DNA of 64,000 nt from a virus. Location: positions 53,743-117,742 of the IMG/VR virus record IMGVR_UViG_3300045119_000370. One strand, written 5' to 3'. Shown one piece after another: positions 9,383 through 18,251 of the stretch; position 1 is the first letter of the stretch, and each line of letters starts with the position of its first letter. A program made the translations under genes and the position numbers. The notes beneath the pieces were generated by a model. It ran no database searches. It saw only the letters and a list, made by a program, of their open reading frames with translations, and had not been told where the DNA came from.

Positions 9383-9418
9383 TTTAGCTCTTGTAAAGTA
9401 GCCCGGTTTCTCCTATAT
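9383..9418 (+). promoter_or_regulatory. Early promoter
   Basis: TTTAGCTCTTGTAAAGT shared with 1667; CTTGTA(9390)-N17-CTATAT(9413). Confidence 0.75.
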
Positions 9419-9531
9419 CAGGGGTGTAGGAAGGAAGGGAACCAAGACCATGAAACGCCTTCTCTTGAAATGGCTGAAAGCCGTTATCCGTTACTTCTCC
9501 CTCGAAACCAAAGAAGACAAGGAGGTGTAAG

Positions 9532-9738
9532 GTGACCAAGGCCCTGATGGCGGTGGACTTTCTCGCTCCACGAGAAGCTCCCCGCCCGGCCATGAACCCG
9601 GCCTCCGTGATCTGGCCGGAATGGCCACGCGAGGGCGTCGCCCGGGTCTTCGCCATGGAGACGGCGAAGGGCCGGAAGTGGCGGAACGACCAGCCGGTCG
9701 TCATACTGAACAAGGATTGGAAGGGACCAAGACCATGA
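9532..9738 (+). CDS. Hypothetical protein
   Basis: AGGAGG RBS, GTG start. Confidence 0.55.
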   Translation: MTKALMAVDFLAPREAPRPAMNPASVIWPEWPREGVARVFAMETAKGRKWRNDQPVVILNKDWKGPRP

Positions 9739-9986
9739 CCAAGAGAACCAGAAAATTCGATAGCGAAGAGGGCGAGCGCACTGCGCAGGCTTTATTCACT
9801 TTCATGGGCAAGGTGCGCTTGTACAACGCTGAGGCGCGCGCCGCCGCCATTCGCATCATCGAGGCCGAGGCGAAGAACGAATCCGATCCGGTCGAGAAGA
9901 AGTTTTTCGAGACCGCCGTCGAGTTCATCAAGAACGTCGGCGACAAGCATGATCAGGTCATGCGAGAGACTTACGAAAACATTTAG
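9735..9986 (+). CDS. Hypothetical protein (MTKRTRKF...)
   Basis: GAAGGGACCAAGACCATG leader identical to the one before 2001. Confidence 0.65.
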   Translation: MTKRTRKFDSEEGERTAQALFTFMGKVRLYNAEARAAAIRIIEAEAKNESDPVEKKFFETAVEFIKNVGDKHDQVMRETYENI

Positions 9987-10175
9987 GTACCGGAGGAGGG
10001 TTACTAATCGACAGCCGCAGTGGCAACGGGTCAACGTCAAGGCCCCAATGGGTAACCGTGGGTGTCCCCAGTCGGAATCAAGGGCGTGCTCTGGCCTCCT
10101 CCCCCGCTTTAAGGCGGGTAGTCATTTACCAGCGAAGCGCGTCAAGCCACTTTAACACTGACAGGAGCAACGATC

Positions 10176-10487
10176 ATGAGCGTGAACACGAGAACGGTCG
10201 AGCAGTGGAAGCAGGTGCTAGGACGATTGCCGTCGCCGGAAGGGACGCCAGTCGAGCAGGTCGTGGCGAATCGCGTACTCGGTGATCTGGTCGGATACCG
10301 CCATGGTTCCCGCCACCGCAAGCGTGACTTCGAGGAACTCGCCAACGCGATGACGGCATGGTCCGAGATGAACGCTGAGTCGGTCGTGCTCGCGCGCACT
10401 TACAACGAGGGCCGCGAAGCCAAGGTGCAACGTCATGCCAGTGACGAGTTCGCCAGAGAAATGGCCGGCGACGATGAAGCCACGTGA
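10176..10487 (+). CDS. Hypothetical protein
   Basis: AGGAG RBS, 103 aa. Confidence 0.6.
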   Translation: MSVNTRTVEQWKQVLGRLPSPEGTPVEQVVANRVLGDLVGYRHGSRHRKRDFEELANAMTAWSEMNAESVVLARTYNEGREAKVQRHASDEFAREMAGDDEAT

Positions 10488-10653
10488 GGAGACGTGCTGG
10501 CACTGTGGCGGCACCGGCCTCGTGTCTGTGCCGGCCAACCAGCAGCTGACCGTGCTCTGTGAGGCATGCGGCTGGAAGGGGAGGCGGTACCGCTTTATGG
10601 ATAAGCCTTGCCCACGTTGTGGCCGCCACGAGGTCAAGGAGACAGGCGAATGA
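10474..10653 (+). CDS. Small Zn-finger protein
   Basis: CWHCGGTG, CEACGWKG, CPRCG motifs. Confidence 0.6.
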   Translation: MKPREETCWHCGGTGLVSVPANQQLTVLCEACGWKGRRYRFMDKPCPRCGRHEVKETGE

Positions 10654-10862
10654 ACTGGAGCGCGGTCGTCGACAGTCTGCGAGCACAGGCTGACAATGCG
10701 AGCAAGCACGCCGAAGCGCTGCGCACACGCACGGTGACCACTGGTGCCTTGGCTGACGATCCGATCATGGTCGAGCGCGCCAAGACGGTCGAGCGGCACC
10801 GCATCAACGCCAATTTTTGTCTGGCTCTGGCTGAAGCTTTGGAGGCTGGTCTCGATGAGTAA
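10650..10862 (+). CDS. Hypothetical protein
   Basis: ATGA overlap, AGGAG RBS. Confidence 0.55.
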   Translation: MNWSAVVDSLRAQADNASKHAEALRTRTVTTGALADDPIMVERAKTVERHRINANFCLALAEALEAGLDE

Positions 10863-11049
10863 AATGGTCTCGTTGGCAATGTTGGTCTGTGGAGTTGGCG
10901 GGATGATCATCGGCATGTGGGGAGGCCAGATGATCGGTCTGACGCAAGGTCGCGCTCAGGTCACAGCCGAGGTCAATGAGAAGGTCAGGTGGGAGTGCTC
11001 TAGCTCGGACTATGCCAAGGTCTGGCTCGTCTCCGCGACCGTTAAATGA
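10855..11049 (+). CDS. Small membrane protein
   Basis: Hydrophobic Gly-rich N-terminus; GGAGG RBS. Confidence 0.5.
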   Translation: MSKMVSLAMLVCGVGGMIIGMWGGQMIGLTQGRAQVTAEVNEKVRWECSSSDYAKVWLVSATVK

Positions 11050-11339
11050 GTGTTCTTGACACCATCCCCGATGACGTCAAGGTCGAGTACATCGCGCTGC
11101 GTGTCCTCTCGGACGGTCGCGTGATCGGGGTCATGCGGCTGCTCTTTCATTGGACCCTACACGTTGACGTCGATTGGTACGGCTACAACGACCGCTACTG
11201 TTACGCGACGTTGGAGCAGGCCATGGCGGGGTTCAATCAGTGGACCGGGGACGGCGAGCCGAGCGGCTGGCACCGACACGTCAAAACCGGAAGGCGTCGG
11301 CCGAACGGCAACCCGGCGCTGGAGTATGTCAATTTCTAA
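11046..11339 (+). CDS. Phage hypothetical protein
   Basis: 97 aa with DRYCY...W.G.GEP.GWHRH..TGRRR. Confidence 0.65.
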   Translation: MSVLDTIPDDVKVEYIALRVLSDGRVIGVMRLLFHWTLHVDVDWYGYNDRYCYATLEQAMAGFNQWTGDGEPSGWHRHVKTGRRRPNGNPALEYVNF

Positions 11340-12910
11340 ACTTTCTCGATGCCGCGCACGATGGCGTCGAACAGGTTCATGCCGGCCTTGTAGAAGGCGA
11401 GGATGCGCTGATCCATGGTGCCGGTCACCACTAGATCGTACAGGAACACGCGGTCGTGCGGCGAGTTCTGGCGCTCGAACCGGCGGATCATTTGCTTCCG
11501 CGTGATCACCGGGACCGGTGACTCGTAGAAAATCCCGTACTGCGCCGCTTGCAGGTTCAGGCCGTAAGCGCCGGCCGTCGACAAGACGAAGACGCGCAGA
11601 CGTGGATCGCTTTCGAAGCGTTGCAGGAGGCCGGCGGCATTGGTCTGCTTGCCACCATACTTGATGTGGCTGATGCCGGCCGTGGTCAGCGCCGCCGTGA
11701 TCACCTCGCCACTGTGGACGAAATCGTGGAAGACCAGAATCTTGCGGTCCTCACGGATCGAATCGATCAGTGCCATGAGCGTGTCGAGCTTGGGGTTCTC
11801 CGGGAAAACATAGTGTGCCTTCTCGCCGTTGTCGTCGTCATGGTAGCCGACGAAGCCGGACGATATCTGGCGCATCCTGAGAAAGGCGTTCTTCATCTCG
11901 CGATAGCTGCCCTTCGCCTCCATGATCACGGTGCGCGCGCGCTGGTAGTACTCTTGCGCATCGGCGGGCAATCCCACCTCGCGGACGATGTGGCTGAGCA
12001 CCGGCAGTGTGCTCTGCTCGACCTCGTAGCGGATCGAGCCATGGGCGAGCAGCCGGTTGAGCTTGGCCATGTTCGCTTTGGTGTCGTCGAAGCTCCACTC
12101 TTGACCGCCGAAGGCGTTCTCCTTGCTCTTGTAGAGCGCGGCGCGGAACAGACCGAGCGTCTCGCCGAGCGAGTAGCCGCCATCGACCAGATACATCTGC
12201 GCCCACAGGGGCGTAGGATCGCGCCCGAAGGGGGTGCCAGCGAGCAGAAAGAAGATGCCGGCCTCGTTGCCCAGCCGGCGGCAAATGCGAAAGGGCAGGG
12301 TGTCGTGAGCGCCGACATGGTTGCTCTCGTCGCAGACGACGCCGTCGACGTGCTTCTGGAGGCGCTTGACCAGCCTCTCGTCGATGATCAGCTTGTCCAC
12401 CGGCACAGCCCGGCCGCCACGTTTGCGCTTGACCGTCTTCAGCGGGCTGACCATGCGGGCCAGCCCGGCATAGGTCTCGACCACGATGGACGCGCGCGCC
12501 GATTCCAGCTGCTCCCACTTCTCGGCGCTCGTGCCGCGCAGGATGGTGTACTTGGTATTCGGCGACCACTTCTGAATCTCTTTCTCCCACGAGTCTTTGA
12601 CGATCTTGTAGGGGACCAAGACCAGCACGGTGTCGACAACGTCGAGGCGGCGGAAGTATCTGGTCAGTGCGATGGTCAGCAGGGTCTTGCCCATGCCAGT
12701 GTCCACCCAGAAGGCGGCGCGACGGCGCATCGCGCCAATCAGAAAGCAAACCTTCTGTTCGAGGCGCAGTGTGTACCAGATCGGCGGCATCACTGGCAGC
12801 GTGCACATCAGTGCGTCGAGTTCAGCGTCGTCGAGCTTCTTCCAGTCGCGCAGGTCGTCGCGCTCGCGGTCGAGGAACTTCTCGATGGCCCTTTTGGGAA
12901 TGATGCCCAT
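11336..12910 (-). CDS. SNF2-like SF2 helicase
   Basis: DTGMGKT, CDESNH, LAGTP, YGLNLQ, Q...RFERQ motifs. Confidence 0.9.
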   Translation of the reverse strand: MGIIPKRAIEKFLDRERDDLRDWKKLDDAELDALMCTLPVMPPIWYTLRLEQKVCFLIGAMRRRAAFWVDTGMGKTLLTIALTRYFRRLDVVDTVLVLVPYKIVKDSWEKEIQKWSPNTKYTILRGTSAEKWEQLESARASIVVETYAGLARMVSPLKTVKRKRGGRAVPVDKLIIDERLVKRLQKHVDGVVCDESNHVGAHDTLPFRICRRLGNEAGIFFLLAGTPFGRDPTPLWAQMYLVDGGYSLGETLGLFRAALYKSKENAFGGQEWSFDDTKANMAKLNRLLAHGSIRYEVEQSTLPVLSHIVREVGLPADAQEYYQRARTVIMEAKGSYREMKNAFLRMRQISSGFVGYHDDDNGEKAHYVFPENPKLDTLMALIDSIREDRKILVFHDFVHSGEVITAALTTAGISHIKYGGKQTNAAGLLQRFESDPRLRVFVLSTAGAYGLNLQAAQYGIFYESPVPVITRKQMIRRFERQNSPHDRVFLYDLVVTGTMDQRILAFYKAGMNLFDAIVRGIEKV

Positions 12911-13092
12911 TAGCGCTTGGTTTTAACTGGTGGCGGTGGCCATGGGGATGGTGTCGGTACACCCAGTGTTTCGGGTGTTTTCTCGCAGCCGACGCAGATC
13001 GGGTTGCCGCGTGCGTTCATGGCGAAGCAGATCGCGCCATCTTTCAGGACGCATGGTGTCATATCGGATTTGGCGTAGGGACACTTGGTCAT
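12910..13092 (-). CDS. Small Cys-rich protein
   Basis: 60 aa coupled between the two helicases. Confidence 0.5.
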   Translation of the reverse strand: MTKCPYAKSDMTPCVLKDGAICFAMNARGNPICVGCEKTPETLGVPTPSPWPPPPVKTKR

Positions 13093-14561
13093 GCGAAACG
13101 TCTCTCGTTTTTGTCGTCAGCACTGGTCTCGTCGTCATCCTCGCGATCTTCCGACAATTTGGCAATCAGATTGTAGACCTCTGCGGTGATCGGTCTCGAA
13201 TCTATGGCGAACTGTCCGGTGTCGTAACTCTGGATCAGGAACACGCCAAACTTATCGCGCTCATCGCGGCCCTTGCTGACGTACAGGCGACCCAGCCCGC
13301 GTCGCTGCTCGCGGTCGGTCGAACTGTAATTCAGTACGATGTCGGCAGTGTAGGCGACCGAGATGTCTTCGGCGGCGTCGGTCATCTTGTTCGAGGTCGA
13401 CTCGATGCCTTTGCGGGTCACCTGATTGGGTGTCACGCCGGCCATGTTGCGTGCGACCATGAGCGAGCGGAACTGCTTGAAGGCGCGGCCCATACCCAGC
13501 CGGTACTCGTCGGCGCGCACCTTCGGATCGATCAAGCCCCAGTAGTCGAGGATGACCATGTCAGGCGTCCAGTTCTCATGGTTCTGGAGGCCGTCGAGGT
13601 AGGATTCCAAGCCGTCCATGGAGAGGACTGGGAAGCGCTTGATGATCAGGTTATCGATACGTGCGCCGACCACCGCATTGAGCCGCAATTCCAACTCGTC
13701 GCGGGCATAGTTGCCGCGCAAGAGGAAGTCGCTGTCCACCTTACTGAAGGTGACGAGTGGGAGGCTTTTGTCGTCTTTCTCGCCGCGAAACTTGCCGACC
13801 TCGCTCTCTTTGTTGCGCTTCGAAGCGGAGAACAGCGACTGGTAATAGCGCTGGGCCACCTGCTCTTCCGACATCTCCAAGGTGATGTGCAGCACGCGCT
13901 TGTTCCGCATCAGTGCCATCTTGCCAAGGTGGACGCAGAACCACGATTTGCCCTTGCCCGATGGTCCGAGCAGCAACAACACTGTGCCGCGTGCTGGACA
14001 AATGAACGCCTTGTCAAACGCCGTTATCCCGGTCGGGAATTCAAGCTGCTGACTATCGAGGAAATCGAGTACACGGTCGAACTCGGCGAGCGACAGGCCC
14101 CGGTCGAACGCGATCTGATCCTTCTTGCGCAGGAGGTCGTTCCAGATCGCCTCGACCTCGTCGGTGGCCAATTCGGCTAGTGCGTTGACCCGCTCGGCCG
14201 ACTGCATGATGGCGCGCTTGATCTGTTGGGCGCGGACGAACGCACGCAGCTGGTCGAGCACGTATATTTCGTTGATCGTGTCGGCGAGTTCGATGGTCGA
14301 GCGCAGAATCTCCTCGTAGAGCCGCGCCTTGGCGTCGCCCGCGTCGATGATGTCGGCAATCAGGTCGCCGGCTTGCGCACCCGGCGCGCGGCCGTAGCGC
14401 TTCCAGTAGTCGACGGCACGCTCGGCGATGACGCCGTAGTCGCCCTCGAACAGTTCAGGGTCGACCATGCCGGCGACGAGCTTGCCCTGCTTCTCGTTGT
14501 GCAGGAGCATCGCGAGGACGTTCTCTTGCAGTGCTTTGGTAGGCTTGTCGACATTTGCCAT
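13089..14561 (-). CDS. dnaB: DnaB-like replicative helicase
   Basis: GPSGKGKS, ITLEMS, ILDYWGLI, PNQVTR, SKGRD motifs. Confidence 0.85.
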   Translation of the reverse strand: MANVDKPTKALQENVLAMLLHNEKQGKLVAGMVDPELFEGDYGVIAERAVDYWKRYGRAPGAQAGDLIADIIDAGDAKARLYEEILRSTIELADTINEIYVLDQLRAFVRAQQIKRAIMQSAERVNALAELATDEVEAIWNDLLRKKDQIAFDRGLSLAEFDRVLDFLDSQQLEFPTGITAFDKAFICPARGTVLLLLGPSGKGKSWFCVHLGKMALMRNKRVLHITLEMSEEQVAQRYYQSLFSASKRNKESEVGKFRGEKDDKSLPLVTFSKVDSDFLLRGNYARDELELRLNAVVGARIDNLIIKRFPVLSMDGLESYLDGLQNHENWTPDMVILDYWGLIDPKVRADEYRLGMGRAFKQFRSLMVARNMAGVTPNQVTRKGIESTSNKMTDAAEDISVAYTADIVLNYSSTDREQRRGLGRLYVSKGRDERDKFGVFLIQSYDTGQFAIDSRPITAEVYNLIAKLSEDREDDDETSADDKNERRFA

Positions 14562-14563
14562 GG

Positions 14564-14797
14564 TCAGGTGGCCTTCAGACCGGTGCCGGCGCAGTCCGGG
14601 CACTTGACGAAGTGCCAGCCGTCGTCGGTCGGCTTCGTGGCTTCAGCCTCAAGCCAGAGTGTATGGAACGGCTCTTCCGTGTCGTCTTTGGCGACCGGCA
14701 CCCAGCCGGTGCCCTCGCACTGGCCTTTGCACATGGTTTCTGGGTCGGGTGGGTTCATACCGAGTGCGTCGTAGCGACTGGTGAATTCATGCTCCAT
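14564..14797 (-). CDS. Small DnaJ-type Zn-finger protein
   Basis: CKGQCEGTG and CPDCAGTG. Confidence 0.6.
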   Translation of the reverse strand: MEHEFTSRYDALGMNPPDPETMCKGQCEGTGWVPVAKDDTEEPFHTLWLEAEATKPTDDGWHFVKCPDCAGTGLKAT

Positions 14798-15020
14798 GGT
14801 AGCCGTTCCTTATGCGCGCTCGCCGCTCTTCGTTATACGCGATCTTGAGTTGGATGATCTCGGTGAGTGCCTGCTCGAACTCGTCCAGTAGTGCCAAGAC
14901 CCCCGTTGCATGCAGTGTGATGACTGCGAAATCGGGGAAGTCTTGGTTTTCAGGTTTGGCCAGTTCGTCTTCGCACAGCCGGCGAACATCGTCACGTTCT
15001 CGCTGTGTGGTCTTCCTCAC
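14787..15020 (-). CDS. Hypothetical protein
   Basis: 77 aa in a coupled operon. Confidence 0.55.
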   Translation of the reverse strand: MRKTTQRERDDVRRLCEDELAKPENQDFPDFAVITLHATGVLALLDEFEQALTEIIQLKIAYNEERRARIRNGYHGA

Positions 15021-15553
15021 GCAAGCGTCTCATGACGCGCGACAAGGCCGAGCAGACCAGCTTGTGCATATCCCGGGAACTGCGCATTGAGCGCGTCCGG
15101 CAGGCGGTGAATCTGTTGCATCAGTGTTTGCGGCCCGACCATGCGATCTGGTCGGTGCAGATACCCAAACAGCAACTCGACGCCGAGCCTGAAGATGGCG
15201 CGCCGCTGCTGGAACTCTGGTGCAGCGTGCTCGATGAACTCGATCAGCCCCGGCAGCTTGGGTCGGAACGATGTGTGGTAAGCAGTCATCTTGCGCAGAT
15301 GCTCTTTGCCGATGGAGTAGCCGATGGTCTCGCTGGTGACCTCGATGATGCAGTCGAGTAGCACCTCGCCCCATGGTAGGATCACACCGTGCTGACCTAA
15401 CTTCGTAGGTTCTGGCCCTACACTGGCGAGTGCTTTGGTGGCTGCGTCTTTGCGACGTTTTATGGCTTGCTCGACGGTGCGCAAGTCAGCTGCCGACAGC
15501 TTCGGCAGCTGGCTTAGGATCGCGGTTAGAGGGACGCCGGGAGCCTCGGCCAT
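15017..15553 (-). CDS. Hypothetical protein
   Basis: 178 aa in a coupled operon. Confidence 0.65.
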   Translation of the reverse strand: MAEAPGVPLTAILSQLPKLSAADLRTVEQAIKRRKDAATKALASVGPEPTKLGQHGVILPWGEVLLDCIIEVTSETIGYSIGKEHLRKMTAYHTSFRPKLPGLIEFIEHAAPEFQQRRAIFRLGVELLFGYLHRPDRMVGPQTLMQQIHRLPDALNAQFPGYAQAGLLGLVARHETLA

Positions 15554-15559
15554 GGATGA

Positions 15560-15892
15560 CTACGCAGCGGTCCACTCGGCGAACGTCAGCCGCTTGATCG
15601 GCTGTTTGATCGGCTGTTTGACTGGTCGATGAGCAGGGACAGTATCGTCGTCCTTTAGACGCTCGATCAGTGGGTAAGTGGGAACGTCATTCCTCTTTGC
15701 CCAAGCGAGGACGTCGTTGGGGACAAAGCGAATAGCTGGCCGCTTGCTGCCGGGAACTTCGAGCGCCGGCAGGCCACGTGTCTGCCGCCAAGTGATCACG
15801 GTCATCGAGGTCACCTTGAGCACACGACAAACGTCGGCCGTGGTCCACAGCGCGCGAAGCTGGTTCTGGAGTTGGCGGGTAGCAATGGTCAT
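15560..15892 (-). CDS. MerR/excisionase-like HTH DNA-binding protein
   Basis: LWTTADVCRVLKVTSMTVITWRQTRGLP...IRF...DVLAW. Confidence 0.75.
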   Translation of the reverse strand: MTIATRQLQNQLRALWTTADVCRVLKVTSMTVITWRQTRGLPALEVPGSKRPAIRFVPNDVLAWAKRNDVPTYPLIERLKDDDTVPAHRPVKQPIKQPIKRLTFAEWTAA

Positions 15893-15966
15893 GGGTAGTT
15901 TTCCTTAATTTCAAGCCGCGCCGAAGCCCATAGATATTAGCGGTTTGGCCAATTTTCCAGCCCTTT

Positions 15967-16410
15967 TTGCAAACCCGGGCGGATCGGCTATAGTCGGGTC
16001 ACGGGTCGGCGACTTTGCATTAGCACAACGAAGCACATAGCGATAGCCAAAAGACCCCGCAAACGACTGGACCGGGTGTGCCATTACGGTGGCGGTCGTG
16101 CGCTACATAGGTGCCTACCACGGGAAGCGTCCGAAGGCACCACGGTGGCCGTAGCAGCGGGCCGGGACGCGGGTCAGTGTTTACACTGATCTAAACCTCT
16201 GCCGCCGTAGCGATAGGGTGATATCGCTTAGGTGAGGAACCCTACTCGTACACTGATCATTGACACTTAGTTGTCAGTGGCCATATCAGTGTACGGGTAG
16301 GGTGGCCTCGCCTTCGCTCCTGAATGATAGTGATAACGGTAATGGTAACGTAAGGGTAACCGCGCACGCGAGGTAAAATACACTGACAGACAAACGAAAA
16401 GGTAAAATAC
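15967..16410 (+). other. Structured non-coding region (candidate ncRNA/leader or replication origin)
   Basis: TTGCAA-N16-TATAGT promoter, several hairpins including 16230-16313 with G-U pairs, repeated TACACTGA and AGGTAAAATAC. Confidence 0.5.
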
Positions 16411-16411
16411 C

Positions 16412-16885
16412 ATGGGAAATTCAGACGACACCAATCAGACAGATACCACCGAACAGGAAATTGACCGTTTCTTCGCAATCCTCGGCAAACTGGCTGGTCT
16501 GCAAAATACTGAAACCAAGCCGACAGCCGCCGACGCAGACGACAAGCCGCCCAAGTACGAAGTGCACGAACTCGACCAGACCATGATCGACCGGCTCTTG
16601 CTCTCGCCCAGTGAACTGGAGAACGTCAAGGGCCGGCTGTTGGCGACCGGTGTCGGCGAGACCATCCGCCAGTTCGTCGACCACGAGCGTGAGCGTGCCA
16701 GCAACATCGGACTGGTCATGCTGGCAATCAACGAACTGGGAGCGATGATGCTTGGCTCGATGATCGCCCAGAGCGCCAAGGACAAGCCGGCGAGCGCCAA
16801 GCTCCACATCGCCATGGTCGGTGTGTTTTCACGCCATCTCAGTCAGGTCATCCAGCTGGGTTGGACCAAGGCCCGCCGCCGATGA
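16412..16885 (+). CDS. Hypothetical protein
   Basis: 157 aa, AAGGT RBS. Confidence 0.6.
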   Translation: MGNSDDTNQTDTTEQEIDRFFAILGKLAGLQNTETKPTAADADDKPPKYEVHELDQTMIDRLLLSPSELENVKGRLLATGVGETIRQFVDHERERASNIGLVMLAINELGAMMLGSMIAQSAKDKPASAKLHIAMVGVFSRHLSQVIQLGWTKARRR

Positions 16886-17253
16886 GCACACTGAAGACGA
16901 CAGCAGAGGAAAGGGCCGCGTGGTGGGACAGAGTTCGCGGGGCTTATGGCGGCGTCAACCGTCACCCTGAGCTACCCTTCCAGAGCTTGGACGAAGCTGA
17001 GCGCTGTCTCAGCGACCTCGACTGCACTCTCACCGAGAATGCCAGTCTGACCAAACTGGTCTTCGAGCGGGCCGAGCGGATTACCGAGCTTGAGACCATG
17101 ACCCGACATCTCGCCGACGCACTGGCACGGTGTTGTGATGATTTCGCCAAGCTGGTCGCCCTCGACCGGATCATCGACGAAAAGCACGACAAGATCGAAA
17201 CCATACTTGCTCAAGTGGAAGCGCGCCGGCAGAAGAAAGGCAAACCATCGTGA
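16882..17253 (+). CDS. Hypothetical coiled-coil protein
   Basis: ATGA overlap with upstream ORF. Confidence 0.6.
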   Translation: MSTLKTTAEERAAWWDRVRGAYGGVNRHPELPFQSLDEAERCLSDLDCTLTENASLTKLVFERAERITELETMTRHLADALARCCDDFAKLVALDRIIDEKHDKIETILAQVEARRQKKGKPS

Positions 17254-17474
17254 GCGACAAGTACGAGATCGGCGACCTCGTCGTCTACCAGTACGGACAG
17301 GTGCGTTTCGCCGGCACGGTCATCGCTGTCGGCCGTGCCCTCGACGCCGATACCGGTGCGCCGCTGCAAAGCAACGATGGTCTCCGCTACATCGTCCAGC
17401 AGATGTCGACCGGCGTCCTGCACGTCTACAGCGGACGCAATCTGGTGCCATGGGATGTGGCCCCGGACCCTTGA
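17250..17474 (+). CDS. Small SH3/KOW-like protein
   Basis: KYEIGDLV...FAGTVIAV...RYIV pattern. Confidence 0.55.
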   Translation: MSDKYEIGDLVVYQYGQVRFAGTVIAVGRALDADTGAPLQSNDGLRYIVQQMSTGVLHVYSGRNLVPWDVAPDP

Positions 17475-17561
17475 ACATATTAACCGATGCACCAGATATG
17501 GTAGCGGTGCGTCGGGTTCTCATGGACGATGCACCATGCCTTAGTGTTGCACCCTCGCGTA

Positions 17562-17605
17562 GCCCGGCAGCGGCCCCTCCCCCTCCGCTGCCGGGTTTTC
17601 TTTTT
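17562..17605 (+). terminator. Intrinsic terminator
   Basis: CCCGGCAGCGG...CCGCTGCCGGG followed by TTTTCTTTTT. Confidence 0.8.
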
Positions 17606-17608
17606 CCG

Positions 17609-17651
17609 CTTAGTCCCGTTTAGTATCACTGAGTACCACTTAGTCCCGTTT
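17609..17651. repeat. 13 bp direct repeat upstream of a CTTGAC promoter (possible operator)
   Basis: CTTAGTCCCGTTT at 17609 and 17639; CTTGAC at 17671. Confidence 0.45.
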
Positions 17652-17783
17652 TAGGATTGATCAACTTTCGCTTGACGGACGCTTTCGAACAGGCATAGCC
17701 TTGTGATGGTGCGGCAACCGCCCACCCGCTCAACGTTGTCACGAGCCGTGACAAGTCAGGGGCGTTCCAGTAAGGAGTTTGCC

Positions 17784-18173
17784 ATGAACTTCCTTAGTGC
17801 AATCGAGACCATCAGCGGCATCGCCGACAGGACCGGCGTCAAGGACATCAATCAGGTTTTCGCTGTCATCAAGGAGGTTGAGGCGTTCCACGCCAAGGAG
17901 CACTCGGAGCGTTCGGCTTCGCCCGACGACAAAGCCAAGGTCGCCTCGCTCTTCGATTCGCTCGACGGCGCAATCGTTGAACTTAAAGACATACCGATGA
18001 AGGATATCGTCTCTCGTGCCGGCGCGCGCGACAATCAGGGTGTGCGCATGCATGCCAAGCGTGATCTCGCCAAGCGCCTGTTGACGTATACCAAGCCTGC
18101 CGAGCCGGCCAATGCGGAAGAGGCAGATACCGATCCGGCATTACGGCCGGTGAAGAAGTCGGCCAGCAAGTAA
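17784..18173 (+). CDS. Hypothetical protein
   Basis: TAAGGAG RBS before ATG 17784. Confidence 0.7.
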   Translation: MNFLSAIETISGIADRTGVKDINQVFAVIKEVEAFHAKEHSERSASPDDKAKVASLFDSLDGAIVELKDIPMKDIVSRAGARDNQGVRMHAKRDLAKRLLTYTKPAEPANAEEADTDPALRPVKKSASK

Positions 18174-18251
18174 ATCGTCCATATCCGAGAGGAAGGGGAG
18201 TGGGGCTTGCGCCCCGCTCCCTCCTTGCGTTGAAATCATGGAGGAACGTCA

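Noticed and set aside
15560-15892. Excisionase implying a prophage boundary
   Set aside because: No integrase, att-like site or host genes in the window; treated as a generic HTH protein.
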